Source: Myxococcota bacterium (GTDB lineage: Bacteria; Myxococcota_A; UBA796; GCA-2862545). Taken from it: a DNA stretch of 64,000 nt. The stretch covers positions 1-64,000 of the forward strand of contig JAWKRQ010000039.1 in NCBI GenBank assembly GCA_041389545.1. The letters run 5' to 3'. The position numbers and the translations under genes were made by a program. Shown one piece after another: positions 52,869-62,498 of the stretch. The stretch's first letter is position 1, and the number at the start of each line of letters is the position of its first letter. Under the pieces are notes generated by a model that was not told the DNA's origin, made no database searches, and saw nothing but the letters and a program-made list of their open reading frames with translations.

Positions 52869-54695
52869 ATGCTGCTGCTACCATTCCCGCTCGCCGCGGT
52901 GGCCGCCACCCTCGACGTCTCCGAGGGGTCGGCCAGTGACTATGGCTCCATCGGGGAGGCCCTGCAACAGTCGTCGCCCGGCGACGTGATCCTCGTGCAT
53001 CCGGGCGCATACACGGAGATCGGCGCCCTCGCCGTGAGCCACGACGTGCAGATCGTGGGGCTGCAGGCGGGCGGCGCGCGCCCGGTGCTGTCGGCGCGGT
53101 CGGGCGGCTTCTTCGTCGTCACGGCGGGCACGGCCCGCATCCGCGGGCTCGACTTCACCGGCGCGGGCACCGCCATCGTGCAGCAGGGCGGCACGCTCGA
53201 CCTGCAGGGGAGCACCTTCGACGGCGCCCACACCGGCACCTCCGGCGGCGCGATCCGCCAGGAGGGCGGCACCCTGCTCGTCCGCGGCTGCACCTTCACC
53301 GACGGCGACGCCGTGACCGACGGCGGGGGCCTCTGGGTCGGCAACGGCGCGGTGGCCCGGGTCGAGTGGTCGACCTTCACCGGCAACACCGCGCAGCACG
53401 GCGCGGCCCTCGCCGTCGCCGACGGCGGCGGGCTCAGCGTCGAGCGCACCCGGTTCGACGGGAACACGGCCTCCGAGAGCGGCGGCGCGGTCTTCGTCGA
53501 CGCCGAGGCGCTCGCGCTCGTGGTCGACGGCTCGACCTTCGGGGGCAACGCGGCGGAGAGCGGCGCGGGCGGCGGCGGCGCCATCCAGCTGCTGTCGACG
53601 GCGCCCGGGAGCGCGCTGCGCGACAGCTACCTGTGCGACAACCTCACCGAGGGCTACGGCGGGGCCGTCAACCACCAGGCCGGCCAGCTGGGTGTCACGG
53701 GCAGCGCGTTCGTCCGCAACGAGAACACGAGCGCGCGCGGCGGCGCGATCCGGTCCACGGGCGAGCTCGCCGTGGTGAGCGGCACCTTCGTGGGGAACAG
53801 CGGCCTGTCGCACGGCGCGGTGCTGTTCAACGGCAGCGGCAGCAGCCTGTCGCAGTCCCTCACCCGCAGCGTGATCGGCCCGCACACCGGCGAGCCCGAC
53901 GTGGTGTTCTCGAGCAACGGCGCGGTCACCACCGCGTTCGACCAGGTGCTGGTCGAGCAGCCCGGCGTCGACCTCGGCAGCTGGGTCAACGGCTCCGTCG
54001 ACTACGGGTCCACCGCGCTCGGCGACCCGGGCGGGTGCGATCCGGCCGACGTGGTGCCGCCCGCCGGCAGCGACGCCCTGGTCGACCCGAAGGACCCGAG
54101 CGACGATCTGGGCGCCGCGGTCGACCGCGACGGCGACGGCTGGTTCGCCCTCGACGGCGACTGCGACGACACGCTCGGCACCGGCGCCGACGTGCACCCG
54201 GGCGCGGGCGAGGTCGTGGCCGACGGCGTCGACCAGGACTGCGACGGCCGGGAGTCGTGCTACGCCGACCTCGATGGCGACGGGCGCGGGGAGGACAGCG
54301 TCGTCCCGAGCGACGACCTCGACTGCGACGACTGGGGCGAGGCCTCGGTGCAGAACGACGCCTGCGTGGGCCTGTCCGACATGGACTCCGACGTCGACGG
54401 CATCTGCGACGACCTCGACGCCTGCCCGGGCTCCGACGACGCGCTCGACGCCGACGAAGACGGCCTGCCCGACGGCTGCGACGACTGCCCGGCCGACCCC
54501 ACCAACACCTGCACCGAGCCCACCGGCACGGGCACCGAGACCACCCCGTTCGACGATCGGCCGCCGAGCGGCGACACCATCGGGGGCGACGGCTCGCCGC
54601 CGGGCTGCGACTGCCGCACGGCCCCCGCGCCCGGCGCGGGCTGGCTCGCGCTGGCGGCGCTCGCGCTGCTGCGGCGCCGCCGTCAGCGGGCGTAG
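52869..54695 (+). CDS. Secreted right-handed beta-helix (pectate-lyase-like/polymorphic repeat) protein with Asp/Cys-rich repeats and a MYXO-CTERM tail
   Basis: Signal peptide. Repeated GG.L.V..S.F.GN.A..GGA motifs. Calcium-binding-like DLDGDG/DCDD repeats. C-terminus is GCDCRTAPAPGAGWLALAALALLRRRRQRA. Confidence 0.6.
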   Translation: MLLLPFPLAAVAATLDVSEGSASDYGSIGEALQQSSPGDVILVHPGAYTEIGALAVSHDVQIVGLQAGGARPVLSARSGGFFVVTAGTARIRGLDFTGAGTAIVQQGGTLDLQGSTFDGAHTGTSGGAIRQEGGTLLVRGCTFTDGDAVTDGGGLWVGNGAVARVEWSTFTGNTAQHGAALAVADGGGLSVERTRFDGNTASESGGAVFVDAEALALVVDGSTFGGNAAESGAGGGGAIQLLSTAPGSALRDSYLCDNLTEGYGGAVNHQAGQLGVTGSAFVRNENTSARGGAIRSTGELAVVSGTFVGNSGLSHGAVLFNGSGSSLSQSLTRSVIGPHTGEPDVVFSSNGAVTTAFDQVLVEQPGVDLGSWVNGSVDYGSTALGDPGGCDPADVVPPAGSDALVDPKDPSDDLGAAVDRDGDGWFALDGDCDDTLGTGADVHPGAGEVVADGVDQDCDGRESCYADLDGDGRGEDSVVPSDDLDCDDWGEASVQNDACVGLSDMDSDVDGICDDLDACPGSDDALDADEDGLPDGCDDCPADPTNTCTEPTGTGTETTPFDDRPPSGDTIGGDGSPPGCDCRTAPAPGAGWLALAALALLRRRRQRA

Positions 54696-55645
54696 CGGCG
54701 GGCCAGCCAGCGCAGCGGGCGCGCGCAGGCCTCGAGGTGGGCCGGGCCCCAGCGCGCGTCCTGCGCCACCAGCGCCTCGAGCCGCCCGCGCGGCTTGCCG
54801 TTCACCTCCACGAGCCACGGCTGCCCGTCCGGGTCGAGGACCAGGTCCACGCCGAGCTCCACCACCGGGCCCGGCGCCGCCGCGGCCACCGCCTCCGCCG
54901 CGGCGACGGCGAGCGCCGCGACGTCCGCGGCGTCGATCGGGCCGACCTCGGCGCCGCGGGCCACGTTCACCACCGGATCGGTGCGGCTGCGGCGCAGCAC
55001 CGGCGTGACGGCCACGAACCCGTCGCCATCGCGCTGGACCAGGGCGCGGACCGAGGCGCCCGCCCAGCCCGCGGGCGGCGGCACGGCGCGCTGCAGCAGG
55101 GCGGGCTCGCGGGTGCCGGGCTGCGAGCCCTCGAGCGTGTCGGGCAGCGCATCGCCCGGGACGACGCGGCGGATGTCGCGGCCGAGCGCGCCGTAGCGCG
55201 GCTTGAGGAAGCCGGCGCCCCACGCCGCGAGCCGGGCCGCGAAGCGCGCGGGGTCGGGCTCGACGGCGGGCACGCGCAGGCCGTGGGCCTCCAGTGCCAC
55301 CTGGGTAGCGAGCTTGTCGCGGCACAGCGCCACCACGGCCGGCGCGTTGACCACGGGGACCTCGCCGAGCCCCGCCAGCAGGGCAGCGTGGGCGGCGGGG
55401 TGGCGCTCGCCCGGGAAGCGGTCGTACGCGGCGGCGACGCGCAGCCCGCGCGCGGCCACCCAGCCCGACGCCGTCGCGCGGACGCCGTCCACGCGGCCGC
55501 CCGCGGCGCGCGCCGCGAACAGGACCGGCACGCCCTCGGCCTCGAGCGCCAGCGCCGCCCGCCCGACCGGCTGCGCGGCGGGGTCGCCGGGGTCCGGGCG
55601 CAGCGGCGGCACCAGCACCGCGATGGCGGGGATCCGAGGCGGCAC
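54683..55645 (-). CDS. ATP-grasp fold enzyme (RimK/glutathione-synthetase-like ligase)
   Basis: ...GAGFLKPRYGALGRDIRRV..., ...WLVEVNGKPRG. 320 aa from the GTG start with GGAG upstream. The ORF-track N-terminal extension is Arg/Pro-rich and unlikely to be translated. Confidence 0.5.
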   Translation of the reverse strand: MPPRIPAIAVLVPPLRPDPGDPAAQPVGRAALALEAEGVPVLFAARAAGGRVDGVRATASGWVAARGLRVAAAYDRFPGERHPAAHAALLAGLGEVPVVNAPAVVALCRDKLATQVALEAHGLRVPAVEPDPARFAARLAAWGAGFLKPRYGALGRDIRRVVPGDALPDTLEGSQPGTREPALLQRAVPPPAGWAGASVRALVQRDGDGFVAVTPVLRRSRTDPVVNVARGAEVGPIDAADVAALAVAAAEAVAAAAPGPVVELGVDLVLDPDGQPWLVEVNGKPRGRLEALVAQDARWGPAHLEACARPLRWLARRYAR

Positions 55646-55707
55646 GGCCGCTCCGTGGGCGCGGGGAGCGGACCCGGTTAGCCGGTCCGGGGCACGGGGG
55701 CGAGCAC

Positions 55708-56244
55708 ATGCGCGGCTGGCAGCTGGCAGGGGTGGTGGCGCTGACGGGGTGCCACCGGGGCGGGCCGACGCCCGAGCCCGTGGAGCTCCCGCCGCCGCCC
55801 GAGGCGCCGGCCCCCGTCGATCCCCCGGCGCCCGCGCCCGTCGAGGCCGCGCCGGAGCTGACCGCGCTCGTGCAGCGCCTCTCGGCCCACGACGGCGTGA
55901 CCTGCGCCGCGGCCACCGAGGGCCTCGCCGACCCGGCCGAGGCCCTGCTCTCCGTGGTGCAGACGGTGTCGATGCCGCCGGCCACGCCAATGCGCGCCGC
56001 CGACTGCCTGCTCACCGAGCACGCCACGGTGCCCGCCGTCCGCGAGGCCGTGCTCGCCTGGGTCGCCGGCGAGGACACCAAGGGGCTGGCGCTGCTGGTG
56101 GGCCAGCACCTCGCCGACCTGCCGCCCGAGCTCGCCGTCGCCGCGGCCGCCGCCGGCGCTGCGGGGCCCCACGCCGCTGCGCTCGCGCCGTCCGTGGCCC
56201 AGGACCCGCGCCCCGAGGTGCGGGCGGTGATCGGCGCCGAGTAG
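55708..56244 (+). CDS. Small lipoprotein, hypothetical
   Basis: MRGWQLAGVVALTGCHRG (lipobox). 178 aa. Confidence 0.45.
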   Translation: MRGWQLAGVVALTGCHRGGPTPEPVELPPPPEAPAPVDPPAPAPVEAAPELTALVQRLSAHDGVTCAAATEGLADPAEALLSVVQTVSMPPATPMRAADCLLTEHATVPAVREAVLAWVAGEDTKGLALLVGQHLADLPPELAVAAAAAGAAGPHAAALAPSVAQDPRPEVRAVIGAE

Positions 56245-56249
56245 CGCGC

Positions 56250-57668
56250 GTGAGCTTCGTCCAGGTCGAGTACCCCGTCTTCCTGCTGGTGGTGTTCGCC
56301 CTGTACTGGGCGCTGGGGCGGCGCCGCGCCTGGCAGAACGTCCTGCTGCTGCTCGCCAGCTTCGTCTTCTACGGCTGGCTGCACTGGTGGTTCGTCCCGC
56401 TCATGCTCGGGGCCGCCCTGCTCGACTACGCCGTGGCGCGCGCCATCGTGCGCTGGCCGCGCTGGCGGCGCGCCGGGGTCGCGCTGTCGGTCACGCTGAA
56501 CCTCGGCCTGCTCGGCTACTTCAAGTACACCGACTTCTTCGCGGCCCAGGCCGTCGCCGCGTTGCGGGCCGCCGGGGTCGACGCACACTGGAGCGGGCTC
56601 GACGTGCTGCTGCCCGTGGGCATCAGCTTCTACACCTTCCAGACCATCGGCTACACCATCGACGTGGCGCGGGGCGAGCTGAAGCCGCGCCGCAACCTCG
56701 TCGACTACCTGCTCTACGTCTCGATGTTCGCCCAGCTCGTCGCCGGCCCCATCGAGCGCGCCGGGCGCCTGCTGCCACAGATCGAGCGCGACCGCACCCT
56801 CGACGCCGACCGCTTCCGCTCCGCCGTGTCGCTGGCGGTGTGGGGCGGGTTCAAGAAGCTCGTCATCGCCGACTCCATCGCGCCGTACGTCGACAAGGTC
56901 TTCGTGCTCGACGACCCGGCCGGGCCGCTCGTGTGGGCGGCCACCGCCGGGTTCATGATCCAGATCTTCGCCGACTTCTCGGGCTACACCGACATCGCCC
57001 GCGGCAGCGCCCGGCTGCTCGGCTTCGAGCTCGGCGAGAACTTCCGCGAGCCGTTCCTCGCCCGGACCACCATCGAGTTCTGGCAGCGCTGGCACATCTC
57101 GCTGTCCACCTGGCTGCGGGACTACCTGCTGGGCCCGCTGGTCGGCGACGCGGGCGCCGGACGGCTCCGGTTCGCACTGGCCACGGTCGCGACCTTCGTC
57201 ATCATCGGCTTCTGGCACGGCCCGTCGTGGAACTTCGTGCTGTTCGGGCTGTACCACGGGCTGTGGGTCGTCGTGTACGGTCTGGCCGTCCGCCGGATCC
57301 CCCGCTGGGCGCAGCGGGTGCCGCTCGGCGGCGCGCTGGCGGTGGGCTTCCACCTGGTGGCCGTGGGGCTCGTGGGCACGCTCCTGTTCCGCGAGCGACA
57401 CGTCGACCGCATCGTCCAGCACCTGAGCAAGAGCCCGGTGTCGGCCAGCCCGGAGGCCTGGGTCGCGACGGGGGTGGTGCTCTCGGTCACGGCGGCCGCC
57501 GCCGCGCCGCTGCTGGTGCAGTGGGCGTACGCGCGGTGGCTGCGCCCCCGGGTCGAGCACACGCCGCTGCACCTGCCCCTGCAGACGACCTGCTGGGCGG
57601 CCGCGGCGGTGCTGATGTTCGTCTTCTACCGGACGACGCTGCAGGACTTCGTCTACTTCCAGTTCTGA
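56250..57668 (+). CDS. MBOAT-family membrane O-acyltransferase (AlgI/DltB-like)
   Basis: GISFYTFQTIGYTIDV...FAQLVAGPIER...FFWQRWHISLSTWLRDY plus the conserved His (FWHG). 472 aa, multi-TM. Confidence 0.75.
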   Translation: MSFVQVEYPVFLLVVFALYWALGRRRAWQNVLLLLASFVFYGWLHWWFVPLMLGAALLDYAVARAIVRWPRWRRAGVALSVTLNLGLLGYFKYTDFFAAQAVAALRAAGVDAHWSGLDVLLPVGISFYTFQTIGYTIDVARGELKPRRNLVDYLLYVSMFAQLVAGPIERAGRLLPQIERDRTLDADRFRSAVSLAVWGGFKKLVIADSIAPYVDKVFVLDDPAGPLVWAATAGFMIQIFADFSGYTDIARGSARLLGFELGENFREPFLARTTIEFWQRWHISLSTWLRDYLLGPLVGDAGAGRLRFALATVATFVIIGFWHGPSWNFVLFGLYHGLWVVVYGLAVRRIPRWAQRVPLGGALAVGFHLVAVGLVGTLLFRERHVDRIVQHLSKSPVSASPEAWVATGVVLSVTAAAAAPLLVQWAYARWLRPRVEHTPLHLPLQTTCWAAAAVLMFVFYRTTLQDFVYFQF

Positions 57669-57923
57669 TGCTCGGCGGCTGGCCGGTTCACGGTTTGTGA
57701 ACTGGAGCCGTCCCGGCGTCCGGGCACGATCGGGCGGAGTTGACAAAGGCGCCGGCGGGGCCGGGGCGGCATCGTCGCCGGATCCGGCGTCCGATCGCAG
57801 GTGACGGGAGGCGTACGGCGGATCGGACGGGGCGGGCCGCTCCCCGCGCTGGCGAGCGGACTTGGGTCTCACCCCTCGCCAACGTTCGGTCGTCGAGCTA
57901 CGGAGCGGAGAAGGGAGAAAACC

Positions 57924-58550
57924 GTGAGCGAAACCAACCACGTCCAGCCCGAGCCGGCGTCCGACGCCGGCGAGTCCCCGGGGGAGCCGACACCCACACC
58001 GGAGGGCGCCGATCGCACCGGCGCATTGGTCGAGGGAACAGAGCGAGAGCCAACGGAGGCAACGGAGCGAGAGGCGGCGGACGAGGGCGAAGACAGCCTG
58101 CCGCCCGAGCCCGGCGAGGCCCCGTCGCCCCGGCCCGCGCGCAAGCGGAAGGGCGCGCCGCGCGGCAAGCGCTCGGTCATCGACCGGTATCGGGATCTCG
58201 TTGGTGTGATGACCGATGCGGAGGTGGCTGCCAAGGCTGGTGTCACGTCGTCGGCGGTCGCGCAGTATCGGAACCGCCGCGGCATCGCGGCTGCGTTGCC
58301 CCAGGGGTCGACCCGCCGCGCCCAGCGCATCCGCGAGGCCGCGACCCCCGGCGGCGCCGACGCGCGGGCGGCCGACGCGCCGCCGCCCGTGCGGCGCAAC
58401 GGCGGCCAGTACGGCTGGCGGGTGCGCCTGATGCTCGGCCCCTCCGCCGTCGACCGGGTGGTGCTCGCGTCCGACGCCGCGAGCGCCTGCCGCCTCGCCG
58501 CGCGCTACGGCGAGGTCCTCACCGTCGAGCGGCTCTCGCCGGCGATCTGA
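57924..58550 (+). CDS. Hypothetical acidic protein with a putative HTH near the C-terminal half
   Basis: GTG start with AAGGGAGAAAA upstream. VMTDAEVAAKAGVTSSAVAQYRNRRGI resembles an HTH. Confidence 0.4.
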   Translation: MSETNHVQPEPASDAGESPGEPTPTPEGADRTGALVEGTEREPTEATEREAADEGEDSLPPEPGEAPSPRPARKRKGAPRGKRSVIDRYRDLVGVMTDAEVAAKAGVTSSAVAQYRNRRGIAAALPQGSTRRAQRIREAATPGGADARAADAPPPVRRNGGQYGWRVRLMLGPSAVDRVVLASDAASACRLAARYGEVLTVERLSPAI

Positions 58551-58559
58551 CGCCCGCCC

Positions 58560-61500
58560 TCACTGGAACGAGGCGTACATGTCGAGGTGCAGGTCGAGGT
58601 CGGCGGTGAAGCGGTCGAGCTCGGTGCAGGCGGCCGCGACCTCGTCCTCGGGCAGCGCCGCGTCCGCGCAGCGGTCGGCCAGGCCCTGCGCCTTGGCCAG
58701 CATCCGCGCGCTCGCGCCGAGCTCCACGGGGCTGCCGTCCCCGGCCCGCACGGGCTCACCCGCGTCGTCCGTCCACGGGAACGACCACGCCGTGAAGGTC
58801 TTGCCGCTGCGCGGGTCGGTGAACGAGACCAGCGCCTGGTCGGGGCCGGGCTCGATGGCGTCGGCGCCGCCGTCCACGTAGACGCGGGCGCGGTTGAGGA
58901 ACGTGCGGTCGTAGCCGTGGGCCATCAGCGCGAGCCCGAACAGGTCGGCGTCGTAGCGCACGAGCCAGTAGGTGGCGGGCGCGACCCGCTGCGCGCCGGC
59001 GGGCGGCCAGGCCTGGTCGGGCCGCAGCGGGTCGGGGTACGCGAGGCTGCCGTCGGCCAGGCGCACCGGCGCCAGCGCGCCCACGTCGTCGGCGACCAGG
59101 CGCCCGAGGAGCATGGCCAGCGGGTCGCGGTACAGGTCCTGGAAGCCGATCGCGTAGCGGCGCGGATCGGTGGCCGTGTCGTAGCCGAGGAACGAGAACG
59201 ACGCGGTGTTCGACAGCGAGTAGAGCGCCAGCATGCGGTCCCAGTAGGTGCCGACCCGCGCCTGGTGCTCGTACCAGAAGTAGCCGCTGTCGCTGTCCCA
59301 ATCGGACTCGAAGTAGGCGCCGGCGATGAGCGGCACGGCGTCCTCGTCGTCTCCGACGCCCGGCGAGAGCACGTCCACGCCGTCGGGCCGGCGCACCATC
59401 GCGTGCGGACCGGGCTCCGGGCGGGTGATCACCTGGGTCAGGAACCGGAAGGAGGCGTCGGTGGCCGCGGTCCAGCCGCCCCAGCCCTTGTCGGCCGTGA
59501 AGAAGGCCTGCGCGTAGGGGTCGTGGTCCACGTCGAAGATGCCGTGGAACAGCGCGTAGTAGCGCTCCCAGTCGCGCAGCGGCTCGAAGATGCGGTCGTC
59601 GAGGCGGTTGACGTAGCCGCCGTCGCTGTAGCCGTACCGCTGGCGCGCGAAGTTCGACAGCAGGTAGTCGTTCCAGTACCGCTCGATCAGGAAGGAGACG
59701 GACTCGTAGGGGTCCGCGCCCTCGTCGAAGCGGGCGCAGGTGATGCCGAGCGCGTACTCGTCGCTGCAGAAGCGGTACGGCACGGCCGGCATGCCCGCGC
59801 GGAGCACGCCCGCGCCCTGGCCCTCGCCGATGACGAGCCCGTCGCCGAACGATCCGCTGTCGTCGATCGTCGGGACCAGGCGCGACAGCGGGACGTCGGC
59901 CCGCGCCTGCAGGTCGCCGGCCAGCGCCGGGTAGTCGGTGTAGTGCAGGTCGAGGATGGCACCCGAGGTGTACGACAGGATCACGCTCGGGAGCACGTTG
60001 CTCGACGCGTAGGCCGAGATGAACGAGATGCCGTCGGCGTTGGGCAGGCCGCTGATCGCCGGCGTCTCCGGGACGGCGGTGAGGACCTCGACCAGCCCGG
60101 CGTACCCGAACTTGACCGCGGCGGCATCGTAGTGGCCGAGGCCCGCCCAGCCGACGTTGCGCGAGCCGGGGTAGTCCATGACGGTGCTGTACTGGAACTC
60201 GCGGATCCGGCCGTCGATCTCGGCGTCGGTCTCGGGGTCGACGTGGCGCGGGGCCATGTGGCCGTCGTCGCGCAGCGCCCAGTACTCGGGGCGGAAGTTG
60301 AAGGCGTCGAAGCTGCCCGAGAAGTTGTGGCGCAGGCCGAGCGTGTGGCCGATCTCGTGGAGCATGACCTCGCGGAACGAGTTCAGGCGCACGTCCTGCA
60401 CGATCTCGTCGTACGCCAGGCCGCGGCGGGCGTAGTCGCGGGCGAGGCCGAGCAGCGCGCCGTCGCTGAAGGCGGCGTCGGTGCCCTCGTCGAGGTCGAC
60501 GGCCTGCTGCCCGGCGAGCACCCGCCAGGCCTCGCGCTCGGCCTGGTTCCGCGGGTCGACGAGGTCGAACGGCGAGCGGCCAGACAGCGCGTCGGCGGGG
60601 GTGGCGGCGGGGTCGAAGCCCGTCCCGCCGATGGTCTCGTCGGTCCAGGCGAGCTCGTCGAAGGGCGAGGCCAGCAGCGCGCCGAAGTTGGCGTCGGCCT
60701 CGGCGGCGCCGGCCCCGAAGACGCCGGAGCGGTCGATGGCGTCGCCTGCCTGGTCGAGCCAGTCCCGGAAGGCGGCGGGCGAGCTCGGGCGCTGCAGCCC
60801 GGCCAGCTCGGGCGCGATGCGGCCGGCGAAGCCGTTCGAGATGAGCGCCATCCGCTCGGCCACGGCGTCCTGCGACCAGGTGCCGGGCAGCCCGTAGGTG
60901 TGGCCGGCCAGCGCGGCGCCCGTGCCCTGGTTGGCGGCCTGGACCCAGGCGGTGAGGTCCTCGCCGTCGACGTAGGCGTCGGGGGAGATCTCGCCGTTGA
61001 GCAGCTGCACCAGATCGGCGACCTGGTGCGAGACCCGGTCGAGCACGTGCTCGTAGAGGAAGGCGTTGCCGCTCACGATCTCGCCCGCGCCGAGCGGCAG
61101 GTCGCCGTCGGCGAGCGGCAGGGCGCTGCCGGACGGGTCCGCGGCGGACGGGCCGTAGCCGTAGGGCGACGACAGCTGCGGGTCGTGCACCACCACGGCG
61201 AGGTGGTAGCGCAGGTCGCCCACCCGGACGGGGTCGCCGAGGCCGTCGGGCCGCCGCTGCGGGCCCGTGTGGTCGGTGCCGCAGACGGCCGGGTCGCCCG
61301 GCAGCGACGGGTTGTTCGGGCACCACACGAAGGCCTGCAGGTCGGGGTCCTCGAGGGCGTGGCAGTCGTTCGGGCGGCCGCCGGCGTCGAGGCAGGCCCA
61401 GTAGCGCTGGCCGTTGATCGCGTCGCGGAGGGGCTCGTTCCACGCGGCCGCCACCTCGCCCATGACGGGACGCAGGTCGTCGGGGAAGTCGAGCGACGGG

Positions 61501-62486
61501 TGGTAGACGATCGGCCGCACCTCCCGCTCCAGGACGGGGATCTCGGCGGGCACGGGGTGGTCGTCCACCGAGAACAGCTCGCAGGGCGCGGTGCGGTCGT
61601 CGACGGTGCACAGCGCGTGGCCGAGCGCGTCGGTGCGGATGGTCTGCGCCCACAGCGGGTGGCGGTCGGCGTACCGGACCCGGTTGGGCTCGACGAGCCC
61701 GTAGCCGCGGTCGTAGGCCAGCCGCTCGGTGGAGAAGAAGCCGAAGGTCTGCATGTGGTGGTCGTCGTAGGGCAGGCCGGCGACCGGGGCGCGCGTGTCC
61801 ACGCGGACGAAGGAGTGGGTGATGCCGACCTCGGAGGGGCCGCACTCGTGGGCGGCCTGGCCGAAGAACAGGCAGACGGGCAGGTCGCCGTAGCCCGGGT
61901 AGGTGACGGTGTCGGGGGCGACCAGCGCGTGCTGGGTGAGCATCAGGCTGTCGATGGTGCCGTCGCCGTCGGAGTCGTCGAACTGCGGCGCGTCGGCGGC
62001 GCGGTCGTCGCCCGTGACCCAGGACGAGACCTCGACCGGCAGCCCCGCGAGCAGCAGGCTGCCCTGGGCGACGTTGGTGGACCAGTCGACGCGCAGGTAC
62101 TCGCGGTCGTACCAGGGCCGCTCGCGGTTCTCCTCGACGACGTTGGACTCCTCGCCGGTGGTGCGGTCGTAGCCGCGGCGGATGTCGAACTGGTCGAGGA
62201 TCGGGAAGGCGACGACCGGCGTGGCGCCGTCGTCGGCGCCGCTGGCGTCGACGTGGGGGTAGGCGCGGTAGCCGAGGAGCAGGTCCTCCTCGATCTCCCA
62301 GCGGATCCGCTCCAGCGGGCCCTGGGCGCCGAGGAAGGTGGCGGCGGTGCCGTAGGGGACGTCGCTGACGGTGTGGCGCCAGAACCACTCCCCGTCGAGC
62401 GCCGACTTGGCGACGGCGTTGGGCTGCACGGTGTCGACAGTGCCGGGGCTGCAGGCGCCGAGCACCAGGGAAAGGAGTGGGATCAT
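58560..62486 (-). CDS. Very large (1308 aa) lipoprotein zinc metalloprotease with an HExxH motif, intact
   Basis: MIPLLSLVLGACSPG lipobox. VMLHEIGHTLGLRHNF. No frameshift across 3.9 kb. Probably co-transcribed with the upstream OMP-like gene. Confidence 0.7.
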   Translation of the reverse strand: MIPLLSLVLGACSPGTVDTVQPNAVAKSALDGEWFWRHTVSDVPYGTAATFLGAQGPLERIRWEIEEDLLLGYRAYPHVDASGADDGATPVVAFPILDQFDIRRGYDRTTGEESNVVEENRERPWYDREYLRVDWSTNVAQGSLLLAGLPVEVSSWVTGDDRAADAPQFDDSDGDGTIDSLMLTQHALVAPDTVTYPGYGDLPVCLFFGQAAHECGPSEVGITHSFVRVDTRAPVAGLPYDDHHMQTFGFFSTERLAYDRGYGLVEPNRVRYADRHPLWAQTIRTDALGHALCTVDDRTAPCELFSVDDHPVPAEIPVLEREVRPIVYHPSLDFPDDLRPVMGEVAAAWNEPLRDAINGQRYWACLDAGGRPNDCHALEDPDLQAFVWCPNNPSLPGDPAVCGTDHTGPQRRPDGLGDPVRVGDLRYHLAVVVHDPQLSSPYGYGPSAADPSGSALPLADGDLPLGAGEIVSGNAFLYEHVLDRVSHQVADLVQLLNGEISPDAYVDGEDLTAWVQAANQGTGAALAGHTYGLPGTWSQDAVAERMALISNGFAGRIAPELAGLQRPSSPAAFRDWLDQAGDAIDRSGVFGAGAAEADANFGALLASPFDELAWTDETIGGTGFDPAATPADALSGRSPFDLVDPRNQAEREAWRVLAGQQAVDLDEGTDAAFSDGALLGLARDYARRGLAYDEIVQDVRLNSFREVMLHEIGHTLGLRHNFSGSFDAFNFRPEYWALRDDGHMAPRHVDPETDAEIDGRIREFQYSTVMDYPGSRNVGWAGLGHYDAAAVKFGYAGLVEVLTAVPETPAISGLPNADGISFISAYASSNVLPSVILSYTSGAILDLHYTDYPALAGDLQARADVPLSRLVPTIDDSGSFGDGLVIGEGQGAGVLRAGMPAVPYRFCSDEYALGITCARFDEGADPYESVSFLIERYWNDYLLSNFARQRYGYSDGGYVNRLDDRIFEPLRDWERYYALFHGIFDVDHDPYAQAFFTADKGWGGWTAATDASFRFLTQVITRPEPGPHAMVRRPDGVDVLSPGVGDDEDAVPLIAGAYFESDWDSDSGYFWYEHQARVGTYWDRMLALYSLSNTASFSFLGYDTATDPRRYAIGFQDLYRDPLAMLLGRLVADDVGALAPVRLADGSLAYPDPLRPDQAWPPAGAQRVAPATYWLVRYDADLFGLALMAHGYDRTFLNRARVYVDGGADAIEPGPDQALVSFTDPRSGKTFTAWSFPWTDDAGEPVRAGDGSPVELGASARMLAKAQGLADRCADAALPEDEVAAACTELDRFTADLDLHLDMYASFQ

Positions 62487-62498
62487 GGCTTGGCTCCT

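Noticed and set aside
52878-57941. A 1687-aa minus-strand ORF 52878..57941
   Set aside because: It is low-complexity and overlaps the beta-helix, ATP-grasp, lipoprotein and MBOAT genes that have real motifs on defined strands.
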